From Octopus vulgaris (lineage: Eukaryota): a stretch of DNA of 64,000 nt. Position numbers and translations under genes: made by a program. Shown in pieces: positions 38,778-52,531 of this stretch. The first letter of the stretch is position 1; every line of letters begins with the position of its first letter. The stretch lies in the NCBI GenBank assembly GCA_951406725.2, contig OX597814.1, forward strand, positions 110,236,001-110,300,000, written 5' to 3'. Below the pieces are notes generated by a model that was not told the DNA's origin, ran no database searches, and saw only the letters and a program-made list of their open reading frames with translations.

Positions 38778-39362
38778 CAGGGTGTTCAAAAAGTAGCTCC
38801 GCAGTGAATTTTTTTCATCCTGTGCATGTGCAACTTGGCTCTCACTGCATGAGTGGCTGGTGTCAACCATTGTCCCTCAGTCATTGTGTACCTTTCAGCG
38901 TGTCGACATGCTAACCATTGAAGAACGTACGTTTTTAGTTGAATGGGTGTTTCGAGCTGGAAACAAACACACAGATACTGTGAAACAGAAGTTCAGTGAA
39001 ACTTTTCCAAATACTGTTGTTCTACATCGTGACACTGTTTGGGGGATTTGATAAGAAAATTTAGAAACACAGGCTCAGTCGAAGATGCAGCAAGAAGTGG
39101 TAGGCCTACAGTTCTTTCAGACGCAACACTCTCCAATATTTCTGACAAACTGTTGGCAAGCCCGTCAAAGTCCTTACGCAAATTGTCACAGGAAACGTGT
39201 GTAGAAGAGTCAACTTATGTATTGAAAATGAAGGACAACACTTTCAACACCTTTTATAAAGTTTTGTAAAGTCTAATATATTCTTTTGTAGTCTTATACC
39301 ATCTTATAAATATTTACTTTGCAGTAAAACACTTACTGCGGAGAGACTTTTTGAACACCCTG
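38778..39362 (+). mobile_element. Internally deleted Tc1/mariner-superfamily transposon
   Basis: TIRs cagggtgttcaaaaagt / actttttgaacaccctg with TA on the left. N-terminal HTH remnant MLTIEERTFLVE...KFRNTGSVEDAARSGRP fused directly to a C-terminal RRVNLCIENEGQHFQHLL*. Confidence 0.85.
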
Positions 39363-39578
39363 TCTATGCTTAGTTGTACTAGCAGATACATGTGTTTATG
39401 CTATAATAGTTTCTATTGTGTAACTAGACGTAGAGGCCAACATTTGTGTATGTCAGAGAAGAGGTGGGGGCGAAAGAAGAGAAATAAACGAGGATGGGGG
39501 AGAGAGAGAGAGAAAGATGTAATTAAAAGATATGGAAATGAATGGTGTTTTCTGTATATATTGTAAACATGTATTATA

Positions 39579-40842
39579 TCAGGTTGAATAGAAAGTAAGC
39601 AACGTTTTGAACCATGAAGAATTTGTACTGGATTTTGGCAGAGTTTTGAATTGTTTTTAAACTTGTTTTTGCATTTGTCTGATAATACAGACATAGACTT
39701 GCCCAAATGCATCAATAAATCAACATTGATATTTTTTTCACCATTGTTACAAACATCTGAAATGGAATTGTCAAACTGCGATATTCAAGCAATGTTGTTA
39801 TTCAATTTCAAAAACGGACGTAAAGCAGCTGAAACTGCTCGTGGTATCAACGAAACGTTTGGTGAGGAAATGACCAATGAGTGGTCAGCTCGAAAATGGT
39901 TTAAATGATTTTGCAGTGGAGACTCGAGCCTTGAAGATCGTGAGCGCAGTGGACACCCATCTGCCTTCGATGATGGTCAATTAAAGATCATCATTGAGAA
40001 ACCTCCATGTAAAACCACTCGAGAACTGGCAAAAGAACTGTAAGTTAGCCAGAAAACTGCTTGCAACCATTTGCATGCGATTGGAAAATAAAAAAGCTCG
40101 ACAAATGGGTACCACACGATTTGAATGAAAATCAGAAAATGCACAGATATGAAATTTGCTCGTTGCTTCTTCTCTGTAACCAGACTGATCCATTTCTCAA
40201 CCGTATTGTAACTTGCAATAAAAGGTGGATTTTATACAATAAAAAAAAAAATGTTCTTCGCAGTGGTTGGACCAAAATGAAGCACCTAATCCCAAGCTCT
40301 TCAAAAAGAAGGTTATGGTGACTGTTTGGTGGTATACTGCTGGACTCATCCACTATAACTTCTTAAAACCTGGAAAAACCATTACTGCAAAAACATATTG
40401 CCATGAAATTGCCAAAATGAACGAAAAACTGCTTCTCCTCCATTCCACACTGGTCAACAGAAGAGGGCCAATTGTTCTTCATGACAATACCTGACCACAT
40501 GTTTCACTAATGACGCTCCAGAAGTTGAGGGAACTTGGTTTATTCCCCAAGACCTTTCTCCTACTGACTGCCACTTTTTCAAGCACGTTGATGATTTCCT
40601 GCGAGAGAGAGAGAGAGAGAAGAGTTCAAAAATCAAACCAATGCTGAAAGTGTGTTCAAAGAGTTCATCAGCCCTAGAACTCCAGATTTTTATGTTACCA
40701 AGATAAACAAACTTGTAACTCATTGGCAAAAATGCATTGATTGTAATGGTCCTTACTTTGATGAATAAAATTTCCACATTGTTGAAATATATTATGATGA
40801 ATTTCATGTTTCGAAAGGTTGCTTACTTGTTACTCAGCCTGA
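39579..40842 (+). mobile_element. Full-length mariner element (~1.26 kb)
   Basis: Imperfect TIRs tcaggttgaatagaaagtaagcaac / gttgcttacttgttactcagcctga, flanked by TA. Confidence 0.9.
39762..40768 (+). pseudogene. Mariner transposase pseudogene (Hsmar1/cecropia-like)
   Basis: KAAETARGINETFG, WVPHDL, IVTCNKRWILYN (first catalytic D>N), LHDNT, SPTDCHFF, WQKCIDCNGPYFDE*; stops and frameshifts. Confidence 0.9.
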
Positions 40843-42316
40843 TATCATACATTTACAAATATATTGTATGTATATGGCGGCAAGTTGGCAGAAACATTAG
40901 CATGCTGGGCGAAATGCTTAGCGGTATTTCGTCTGCTGTTACATTCTGAGTTCAAATTCCGCTGAGGTCGACTTTGTCTTTCATCTTTTTGGGGTTGATA
41001 AATTAAGTACCAGTTGTGTACTGGGGTTGATCTAATTGACTGGCCCCCTCCCCCAAAATTTCGGGCCTTGTGCCTAGAATAGAAAAGAATATATTGTATG
41101 TTTAAATGGAAACTGCCTCCATAGACCATGCCTCAATGAACACACACATACATTCATGCATTCAGATCAAAGGATGCACAGACAACCTCCCCACACACAC
41201 ACACACACACAACCACACCTGCATGCATACACACAGACACGTATATACAACATATGTTGGTCTCAAATCAACAAGAGGGCCTCTACACAGTTACTAGATC
41301 TGCTAAAAATAGCAAGAGACAAATTTAAATCTGGTTGCGTTTACCTTCTTTCAAAATGCACAAGTAAGATAGGGTGCTGGTGTAGCTGTGTGGTAAGAAA
41401 TTTGCTTCCCAACCACGTGGTTCCAGGTTCAATTCTACTGCTTGACACTTTGGGTGAGTGTCTTCTGCTATAGACCCAGCTTGTGAGTGGATTTGGTTGA
41501 CAGAAACTGAAAGAAGCCTGCCATATGTGTGTGTTGGTGTTGGTGTGTTTCCATCCCCGTAACTTAGTGGTTCTGCAAAAGAGACCAATAAGTATTGGGG
41601 TCAATTCATTTGATCCAAATACAAAAAAAATGATACAAGCTGGTCATGGCTGGAGTGTCTCTGCTAATAGTTTTGTTTGATCAGGTTGCCTAATATCTCT
41701 CTTATCTTTTTACTTGTTTCAATCATTGGACTGTGGCCAAGCTGGGGCACCACCTCGAAGAGTTTAGTCGAATAAATCTTGTCTTTGTAAGGCTAGTGCT
41801 TATTCTATCAGTCTCTTTAGCCAAACCACTAAGTTACAGGAATGTAAACAAACCATCTCTAGTTGTCAAAAAGTGATGATGGGGACAAACACAAAGACAC
41901 GCACACACACTCTGAGTGGGTTTCCACACAGTTTTCATCTACCAGATTCACTCACAAGGCACTGCTCAGCCCAGGGTTATAATAGAAGACACTTGCCCTC
42001 AAAATGCTGTGCAGTGGAACTGAATCCAAAGCCATGAGTTTGCGAAGTGAGCTTCTGGACCACACAGCCTTGATTCAAAGAAATTTTTATCATCATTTTA
42101 TTTTACCATACTGATGTGGGTTAGATAAGACTTTTGAGGATATTATCCTGTGTGGTAAGTAGCTTGCTTATGAACCACATGGTTCCGGCTTCAGTCCCAT
42201 TGCGTGGCACCTTGGGCAAGTGCCTTCTACTATAGCTTCAGGCCGACCAAAGCCTTGTGAGTGAATTTGGTAGACGGAAACTGAAAGAAGCCCATCATAT
42301 ATATGTATATGTGTAC

Positions 42317-42356
<40 letters not shown>

Positions 42357-43483
42357 TTGTTCCCCCAACATCGCTTGACAACCGATGCTGGTGTGTTTAC
42401 ATCCCCGTAACTTAGCGGTTTGGCAAAAGAAACCGATAGAATAAGTACTAGGCTTACAAAGAATAAGTCCTGGGGTCGATTTGCTCGACTAAAGGCGGTG
42501 CTCCAGCATGGCTGCAGTCAAATGACTGAAACAAGTAAAAGAATAAAGTACACACACACATTGAATAGATCCAAGGAAGCTTTAGGATGTTGCACAAGCT
42601 CTCTGCTCTGAGTGAACTGCTTGTTGTAGCTGAAACAGTCGTAAGCTAATGAATGTGATTATATTATTCCTGGAGTAAAGATTATTTGCTAACATAACAT
42701 GGCAGTCCTGGTTTAGGACGAATGTTGCTGTAATTTAACCCTAGGCAAATAATCTTTACTCCAAAGTACTGTTACTGAATATCTCTCATTGTGAGATTTA
42801 CAAATAGTAATTTTCTATATAATTCCTGCTCACTTGTTATTTATTAATTAATGTCTGTGTAAGGTGGGCCTTCATCCTTACAGTTTCTGTGTATGAATTT
42901 TGCCCACAAGGCATTGGTTAGTCGAAGGCCAAAGTAGAAGATACTTGTTCAAGTTGTTATACAATGGGATCAACCTTAAACCAAGTGGTTACAAAATTAA
43001 TTTTTCGTACATCTCAGACATTCCTGCACCTCATTTTAGCACCCGAAAATATTTTCATATTTAAATGAATAATTGAAGTGGCTGAAACCAATAAAACACA
43101 GGTTCATTAATTGCTTCATATGCACATATTTCTTCTATCAAGTTCCATGTTTAGTCTAACCAACCATTTTATTACTCTCTCTCTCTTTCTCTTTCTCTTT
43201 CTCTCTGGAATGGTGTTTATCTGTTCTATCAACTCCAGAAACTTTGATCCAAAAACCGTAGATAAAAACCATGTCTTAATATTCTGAAATTTATCTTAAT
43301 CTGTAGGTTAGCTTTTGCTGGTATGTGTGCACATGTATATGTGTGTATGAATCTGTGTGTGTGTATTTATATATACATACTTATATGTGTGTGTGTATTT
43401 GTATATTTACTTAGTCATATATTTAGTACTTTTTTTAAATTTTATTTTTGTTCTTCTACTCATTCTTTTAGTCTGGTATTTAA

Positions 43484-43708
43484 CCCTTTCACATTCAAAT
43501 TATTTTGTCAAAAGTATTGCTTATTTATTCACATTGTTTTGAATTAATCATACTTTAATCTCATGGCTTCAAGGTTTCAATGGTGAGATTGTATACTTTT
43601 AGAATAGCATTCTAGGGTAGGTGAAAAAAAAAGGCAAGGTCTGGACAGTTTGAACATAAAACGAGGAGAATCTTTGGGCCTGGTGTGGCCAGTTTAAATG
43701 CTAAAGGG
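43484..43708 (+). mobile_element. piggyBac-type MITE, family 2
   Basis: TTAA|CCCTTT...AAAGGG|TTAA; relatives at about 6503-6690 and 7020-7225. Confidence 0.8.
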
Positions 43709-44240
43709 TTAAACTCATAACAATTTTTCTCATTAACACTGCATTCCTGATGATTTGGATTTTTAAATTTAACTGAATTTATATTACCTATCACAATTAT
43801 GTAATACATTTGATATCATTTATCTTAATGAAACAGCTATTGGACACCATTAAAGTATGAACTATATGTGAAATTTATGCTTTTATGCTAAATATTTTGC
43901 ATTTTGATTAATTTACCTTAATTTTACCCTAGTTTTTGCACATTGCTTTAGTTTTCTCTTTATATTTATATCTTTGCTGAATTTGTAAATAAGGCATCTG
44001 TCACTTGAAAACAGTGTTTAGGTTATGTATACTTATTCAAGATATGATTCGTAGATTTTTTTTTTAGTTTACAGCTATGGCTATGAAGTTAATAAGCTTG
44101 CTTTCAACCACGTGGTTTCAGATTCAGGCTCATTGCATGCATCTTCTACAATGGTTCTGGATTGATCGAAGCCTTGTGAATGAATTTGTAGACAATAGTT
44201 AAAAGAAGCTCATTGGTATGACCATGTGTATATATATATA

Positions 44241-44289
<49 letters not shown>

Positions 44290-44663
44290 TTGTGTATATA
44301 TATATATACACACACACACATATATATATATGTGTAAAAAGATGGTGGCACGTGTAAAAAGATTCGAGTGAGGTCATTGCCAGTACCACCTAACTGGCCC
44401 CGTGCTGGTGGCACATAAAAAACATCCACTACACTCAGAGTGGTTGGCGTTAGGAAGGGCATCCAGCAGTAGAAACTCTGCCACATCAAGATTGGAACCT
44501 GGTGCGGCCATCTGGTTCGCCAGCCCTCAGTCAAAATCGTCCAACCCATGCTAGCATGGAAAGCAGACGTTAAACAATGATGATGATGATGTATATAAGC
44601 CTTATCTTCAGATTCGAGGTTAGTTGTAAATGAGAGCTATCATACAAACTGCATAGTATAGTC

Positions 44664-44742
44664 CAGCGGTTCCCAACCCTTTTATTTATATGAGTTTTCC
44701 CACAGACCCCTTTTAATATACTTATTCTTTTGTATGTGTGTG

Positions 44743-44784
<42 letters not shown>

Positions 44785-45164
44785 TATATATACACACACA
44801 CACACATAAATAGTTACCAGGGTAGCAATTCATTTATCGCACTACATCTCTCCACTCTTAGTTTTCTGATATTCTCTTTCTTTCTCCTCTTTCTCTAAAT
44901 TGCATTTGACGTTTAATCTATTAACGGTATTTTTAAAAAATAACTTGCCAGCATTCCTTTCATCATATACGCAGTCATCATATTCAGTTAAAATGGTTTA
45001 TTGATGTGTGTTGTTTCTTTTTTTTTTCCCTGATAAGAAGATTGCATTGTTTTACATCATTTTATTCCCTCTAGAATAATACCAATGTTTTCTTCGAAAC
45101 ATATGTCAGAAGTATAAAGTTTTGAATAACACCTGTGTTTAACTCTATTTCTTTATTTATCCAT

Positions 45165-45196
<32 letters not shown>

Positions 45197-45549
45197 GAGG
45201 TGCGTGGCTTAGTGGTTAGGGTGTCAGCATCATGATCGTAAGATTGTGGTTTCGATTCCTGGACTGGACGACGTGTTGTGTTCTTGAGCAAAACACTTCA
45301 TTTCATGTTGCTCTCATCCACTCAGCTGGCAAAAATGAGTAACGCTGCGATGGACTGGTGTCCCATCCAGTTGGGGAACACATACGCCATAGAAACCTGG
45401 AAACCGGGCCCATGAGCCTGGCTAGGCTTTTAAAGAGGTGCATTTATTTATTATTATATATGTATGAAATTTTGAATTTAGTTCGCAGACCCCCAGTACT
45501 ACCTTTGTGGACCACCAGGGGTCTGTGGAACCCAGATTGGGAACCACTT
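44664..45549. mobile_element. hAT-type non-autonomous element containing a family C SINE
   Basis: TIR cagcggttcccaa / ttgggaaccactt; 8-bp flanks gtatagtc and gtatagta. Confidence 0.75.
45196..45445 (+). mobile_element. SINE family C
   Basis: tRNA-like A/B boxes and CORE-like tgtgttcttgagcaaaacactt. Confidence 0.8.
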
Positions 45550-45605
45550 GTATAGTAAGACAACGGGGTAACGCTGTTGGTAGGAGAGGTTAGCCAGGTA
45601 AAGGA

Positions 45606-46130
45606 CAAAGGTGGGCACCGTTAATTGCAAAGTTAACTTTGTTAACTGTTAATCCATTAACCAAAAAGTTAACTTCGATAACTGTTAATCAGTTGATTTT
45701 TTAAAAATGTAACGGAAGTTATCGATAAACCATTAATGTTAATTTTTATTATAGAAAAAAAACAACAAAAATAGCAGTTTTTACTCTAAAACCACCTAAA
45801 AACATACAGTTCTATATTTAAGAGATGAGGAATTATGTGAATTATTTACATTTGATGGATATTTGTCCACATCTTGTCTGTTGTTAAAATGTTTCGGCTG
45901 ATGTATCCTCCAGCCTTCATCACTTTAAAAAGTACCAAAACTGTAAAATTCGTTAACTTCAATTGAACTGAAGATAACTTAAATTGACTTGAGTTAACGG
46001 AACTTAAATGTAACTGAAGTAAATTAGTCCAATAATGATTTCCAAAGTTAACTTAGAAGTTAAATCATCACGAAAATGTTAACTTCGTTAGTTAACGATT
46101 AATGGATTAATGGTTTGGTGCGCAGGTTTG
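45606..46130. mobile_element. hAT-like element rich in gttaac motifs
   Basis: Exact 8-bp TSD gtaaagga (45598-45605 and 46131-46138); imperfect 14-bp TIR. Confidence 0.7.
45806..45922 (-). mobile_element. Family H1 fragment truncated inside the hammerhead core
   Basis: UGAUGA-A-GGCUG...CAGCC-GAAAC retained (45890-45922); downstream sequence matches 7387-7465. Confidence 0.75.
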
Positions 46131-46842
46131 GTAAAGGAGGGGTATGAAATACTGTGACTGAACAAATGAAATGAAGTTAAAAGCAATTCAGAACAAGACA
46201 AGAAAAGCTGGAAAGGGTTTTTTTTTTGTTGTTTTTTAAAATCTCAAAAATCGCTTGAAGAGAAAATTGCTTAAAGAAAGAATTTGTTAAAGAAAAAATT
46301 TGTTTCTTGTTAAAGCTTAGAATACCATAAGAATTGTGCTTGAGATACCCCAGCACACCATACAAGTTGTGTCCTTCGTTTATGATCTGCTAAGATAAAC
46401 ATGGCCATGGGTAAATATTACCTTACTTGGAAACAGAAAGTAGGTGAGGTTGGTGACAGGAAGAGAATCTGACCTTAGAACACCTGCCTCCATAAATGCC
46501 ATTCAACCCATGGAAAAGTGGACATTGAAACAGTGATGATGATAAGGAATGACCATAGTGTTTTTTATCTTTTACTTGTTTGGTCAATAGACTATGGCCA
46601 TGCTGGAGCACTGCCTCGAAGGGTTTTGTTGAACAAATTTATTCCAGGTTTTTTTATTTTTATGTAAGCCTAGAACTTAATTATTATGTTACAGGGGCGT
46701 AAACAAACCAACACTGATTATCAAGCAGTGGTGCAGACAAAGACACACATACACATGCACACACACGATGGGCTTCTTTCAGTTTCCATCTACTAAATCC
46801 ACTCACAAGGCTTTGGTTAGCCCAAGGCTATAGTAGAAGACA

Positions 46843-47207
46843 GGGTTGTGGATTGTGATTTTCTTCACTACTTCAGGGAGTGACGACCCTGCCTGACACG
46901 AGTCCTGGGCTCAGCTGGCTCCGGGTGATAGTACCCAGTGTGGGCCCCTTCAAAGATATCCAGAGTGGAGCCCTGTAGGTGGTTTAGTATTCGACTCGGC
47001 ACTCTTCCAGCAGCTCCTGCAACCAAGCTGGTGCCAAACATAATATGCTGCACTCTTTTGGACTACGTCAGCAAGGTTGAGAGAGGAATCCTGACGATTG
47101 GGCTACCCAGGATTTTTTTTGTATCTAGTCCAGGCCTGCGCAAAACTGATTTTATGCACAATTCCATTGTCTCCTGAGACGAAAGGATGCCAACAACAGC
47201 AACAACA
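46843..47207 (+). mobile_element. 365-bp non-autonomous retroposon with (CAA)n tail, inserted in a family B SINE
   Basis: Exact 13-bp TSD atagtagaagaca (46830-46842 and 47208-47220); 3' end ccattgtctcctgagacgaaaggatgccaacaac is RTE-like. Confidence 0.8.
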
Positions 47208-49648
47208 ATAGTAGAAGACACTTGCCTAAAGTGTCACACTATGGGATGGAACCAGGAACCATGTGGTTGGGAAGCAAGCTTCTTACCACACAGCCAACAA
47301 ATATTAATATTATTACATTGCTAAGTAATAGAAACAGTCTCCTTGAAAGTTTCAAACTCATTTAGGGACCAGGCTCCCCCTGGCCTGACTGGCACCCAGC
47401 CGCTGCCAGTGCTGCTGGACTGACTCCTGTGCAGGTACAAGTAAAGAAACACCGTTTTGACCCTGTGCTTGAGGAGCTATATTGAGTCAAGTACATCAAC
47501 ATCAAAAATCAATGGAAATTGTAGTTGTGATCCCTGTGCCAGTCGCACGTAAAGAGCACCAATCCGATTGTGGACGTTGCCAGCCTTGCCTGGCATGTAA
47601 AAAGCACCCACTACACTCACTGAGTTGTTGGCGTTAGGAAGGGCATCCAGCTGTAGAAACACTGCCAGATCAGACTGGAGCCTCGCACAGCCTCCTGGCT
47701 TCCCAGACCCCGGTCAAACCGTCCAACCCACGCTAGCATGGAAAACGGACGTTAAACGATGATGATGATGATGATGAATACACACAACACAAGATTATGA
47801 AGGAGTTTTTTTTCTCCCCCCTCCCCGGGTTTTCTTCTTTTTCTAATTGTCATTGTGTATAAGTTTGTGTCTCAAATATCTCCAACTGTAATAAAATATC
47901 AAAACCTTTCTTGTACATCAGCCACACCAGGTTTTATTATATTTTGTTTCTTTCTTATGACTACTTTATTCCCTCTTAACTAATGGTTGTTCAAGAATGC
48001 TTTTTTTTTTCTTCTTGCTCATCCTCCTCCTTTTTTCTTCTTCTTTGTCTTCTTTTTCATTCTCTTTCCCCTTCTTTTTTCTTCTATAAGTTATAGCTAT
48101 TTGCCTGTTAAATAGCTGCCTGTCTGTTTAAAGAGAGAGAGAAAAAATAGGGGAAAGAGAGAGAGAGAGAGAATGGGGGGGGAGAGATTTATGATTGCTG
48201 TATCTGTTATTGGTTATAAACATGTATTTTATGAGATACTGTTGTGTATGGAGGCCAGGTGGGGGGGGGGGACCTTGAAGGAGTGGTTTGCTTTTATACT
48301 ATTTTTATTTCAGGCAATAAATGTTGGCTTCTAACTCAAGACACATTATAGGGAGAAGTATGGCTGGAAGTTAAGAAGCTGGCTTTGCAACCTTATCGTT
48401 TCAGGTTTAGTCCCATTGCTCAGCACCTTAGGCCAGTGTCTTTTACTGTGGGCCCAGATGATCCGATGCCTTGTAAGTGAAGATGGTAGTTGGCAGAGGT
48501 CTGCAAGTGTTGGGACTCATGGAGGCAATTGACTAAGGCCTTTGGCATTATGTTGAGCTTGAGAAGAAAACCCATCAAGCCAAGCAAAATCGCAGTTGTG
48601 GCAGATTTCGGTGTCACAGAAATAGCACATAAAAGCACCCACTACACTCACGGAGTTAGGAAGGGCATCCAGCTGTAGAAACCTCACCAGATCAGATTGG
48701 AGCCAGTCCTCAGTCAAACCATCCAACCCATGCCAGCATGGAAAGCAGACGTTAAACAACGATGATGATGGTGATGATATATATGTATGTAGATAGATGC
48801 AGGTATGGCTGTGTGGTAAGAAGCTTGCTTCCCAATCACATGGTTTAAGTTCAATCCCACTGTGTGGCACCTTGTGTCTTCTGCTATAGCCCTGGGCTGA
48901 CCAAAGCCTTGTGAGTGGATTTGGTAGACAGAAACTGAAATAAACTCATATATATATATATATGTATATATATTCATGTGTGTGTGTCTTTGTCCATCCC
49001 CACCTTCCACCCCCATCATTTCACAACCAATGCTTGTGTGTTAATTTCCCCAAAACTTAGTGGCTCAGCAAAAGAGAATGATAGAATAAGCACTAAGGCT
49101 TACAAAGAATAAGTACTGGGGTTGATTTCTTTGACTACAAAAACCCTTCAAAGTGGTGCTCCAGCATGGCTGCAGTCAAATGATTGTTTGAAGTATTGTG
49201 ATTATAATAGGTGCAGGAGTAGCTATGTAGTAAGTAGCTTGCTTACCAACCAAGTGGTTCTGGGTTGAGTCCCACTGCATGGCACCTTGGGCAAGCGGCT
49301 TCTACTACAGCCCAGGGCTGACCAAAGCCTTGTGAGTGGATTTGGTAGACAGAAACGGAAAGAAGCCTGTCATATATACAAATATATATGTAATATGTTT
49401 TTATGTCGGTGTTTGTTCCCCCCACCCCCACCATTACTTGACAACCAATGTTGGTGTGTTTAAATCCCCATAACTTAACAGTTCGGCAAAAGAGACTACT
49501 AGAATCAGTACTAGGCTTACAAAAAATAATTCTTGGGTCAATTTGTTCGACTAAAGGTGATGCTCCAGCGTGGCTGCAGTCAAGTAACTGAATCAAGTAA
49601 AAGAATAAGAAAAAAGTATTTAAGATTTAATTCTTTATATTTAAATAT

Positions 49649-50330
49649 CTTGGAAAATGAAATTAGTGTTAAATTATCCAAGGCTTCAAGTTCTTTTGGA
49701 AAACTTTCTCTTCATTTGTGGGATGAGCACAGTGTCAGTTTGAAAACTAAAATAAGTTCATACAAATTTTGAATTTTGCGCACACTTTTGTAAGAAGCAA
49801 TGGACTCCCTCCTACAGATGTATAAAGAAACTTGAAACCTTTCATATGTTGTCTGCGCAATATCAATAAAACAAAATGGCAAGATAAGATATCAGATGTC
49901 AAAATGTTTTAAAATGTGATATCTTCAGTTTTAAAACCACTCTTTTGAGAGTTCAGTGCAGATGGTCTGGAGATGTTTGAATGCAAGATGATTGCATTTA
50001 AAAAATTCTTTTATATGGCCAAGTAGAGGGATTCCATGGTAAAGGAAGACCCTCTGCTTAGGTTTAAGGATAAATCGAAGCAATCACTAAAACCCCTGCA
50101 GCTTAATTTAACATCTTGGGGAAAGTTATTGCCTCGCTCGATCTGAGTGGTATAAAACATGTCATGATACATCTAAACAATTCTGAGCTGAAGAAACAGA
50201 ACAATAAAAGAATTCTATCCTGCAATCTACAGACACATCTGTCCAATCCCAGGCAAAATCAAAATCATCAATGTCCCCACTTTAATAGCAAAATCCAAAC
50301 CTGGACTCCAATTACATTCAAGCATCCATC
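49649..50330 (+). pseudogene. Decayed RTE (BovB-like) ORF2 C-terminal half
   Basis: LENEISVKLSKASSSFGKLSLHLWDEHSVSLKTKI; later a GRP motif and a CPH zinc-finger remnant. Confidence 0.7.
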
Positions 50331-50502
50331 GCAAATAGATGCAGCTCCTTTTGTGTTCAACCCTTTTGTCTTTTCTTTAAATCCTTTCCTTCTAACACTC
50401 AGGTGTCCAAATCAACAGGAGTAACCATCATATTTCAGGTAACATACCCATTCTCAAACGAAAACAGTGAAATATCCATTAAAGTAACATCAGTCCTTGG
50501 TG

Positions 50503-50549
<47 letters not shown>

Positions 50550-50714
50550 TTAATTGAATTTGAATTCAATATGAATTGAACTTAAATTTCTTTTTTTGTG
50601 TATTACAACAACCTAAGATAATATAAAATGGAGAACATTTTTTTTTCTTTTAGTCTGTTTCCTCTACTTTATCTTCGTTACATCCTAGCAGTCAGTAAGT
50701 TTCACAGTATATAG

Positions 50715-50756
<42 letters not shown>

Positions 50757-51045
50757 GTTATTAGTAGTGTTATTATTATTGTTGTTGTTGTTATTGTTGT
50801 TGTTATTATTATTGTTATTGTTGTTATTATTGTTATTGTTGTTGTTATTATTATTGTTATTATTATTATTGTTGTTATTATTATTATTATTGTTATTATT
50901 ATTATTATTATTGTTATTATTATTATTAATACTGTTATTATTATTGTTATTGTTATTATTACTGTTATTATTATTACTGTTATTATCATTACTGTTATTA
51001 TCATTACTATTATTATTATTACTATTACTATTATTATTATTATTA
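50715..51045. repeat. (ATT/GTT)n microsatellite
   Basis: Read directly; explains the poly-L and poly-I ORFs. Confidence 0.97.
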
Positions 51046-52531
51046 TCCTCTTATCTTCTGTCTGAACTGAAACTCATAAACTTCTGGACTAAAATAATGA
51101 ACTTATTTCACAACTACCAACTTCATCACTCAGGAATCCTGGCCACTGCTGACGTAGACCCCCCACTAAACACACACACACTCACACACACCTCCACTGC
51201 TGCTGAATATTGGAACATTACTAGAATGGAATCCAGGGTTCACCTACATAGAACAACATTCCTCTTCTTGTCTGTAACTTAATGAAATCATGGCTGTAAC
51301 AATGACAACGAAGGTGATATTGGGATAAAAGTTTGGTTTATATAACATCCTACATTCATCCACCCTGTTTCTTGGGGAACGAATGGAGGTAAAGCATGCC
51401 ATCCATGACCTTCATGCTTATAGGGATGTGTAGGATTCCCTTATAAAATGTGATCTTTCCTTTATTTATGAGGTGCAGGTGTGGCTGTGTGGTTTAAAAG
51501 TTAGCTTCCCAACCACATGGCTCTTGGTTCAGTCCTTCTGCATGCCACCTTGGAGAAAGTGACTTCTACCAAGCCCTGGGCCAATCGTAACAATCAAAGC
51601 ATTGTGAGTAGATTTGGTAGATGGAAACTGAAAGAAGCCCATTGTTTCTGTGTGTGTGTGTGTGCGCACATATTGTGTGTGTCAATCCTTGCTTTGACAT
51701 CTTGTGATAATTGGAAACAAGCTTACTGTTATAAAAGTGGTGTCTTTCATTTCTGAACATCCATGAAACATGTCTAACCATGTGGAACTATTACTTTTCT
51801 TGAAAACAGATTAGGGTTAATGACAGGAAGGACATCCAGCCATAGAAATACTGCCTCTACAAATTCTGTCTGACATATGCAAGCAGGAAAAAGTGGACAT
51901 TAAAATAATAAGAATACATTTTGAGGGAACTTTAACTGCTATTTCTAGTAGTTTGAATGGCTACTTCCAGACACCATGGTTGGAGGCTTATTATGGATAA
52001 TAGTGAAGACTTATTTATTAGTGTGGTATATCAAATGTTTAATTATAAACATTCAGATCAAGTCTCAGGTCAACTTATATCTTGATCGGCTGAGGCCCAC
52101 AGCCTGACTGAGATGCTCTGAAACCTGTCTCGTTGATGGGTGAGGGCAAAAGAGAACCAGCCACTGGATGCATTGTATCTATTTTTCTTCTCTCGCAATG
52201 TGTGTAGTTCCAAATGAGGTCAAACGAGGAAATGTAGTACTTATAAATGTCTTGGGCTCTCAGCCCCTCTTTATGGGGTCAATAGGTGTAGGTGTAGTGT
52301 CATAAGGTGGTGAGCTGGCAGAAGCATTAGCACACCAGGTGAAATGCTAAGCAGTATTTCGTCTGCTATGTTCTGAGTTCAAATTCTGCCGAGGTCGACT
52401 TTGCCTTTCATCTTTTGGGGTTGCTTAAATAAGTACCAGTTACGTACTGGGGTTGATGTAACCGACTCAATCTCTTAGTCTGTCTTTGTTTAGCCCCCTA
52501 TGAGCAATAAAGAAATAAGGAAATAGGTAAT

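Noticed and set aside
52100-52135. CUGACUGA...GAAACcuGUC
   Set aside because: Helix II is 2 bp and there is no helix I.
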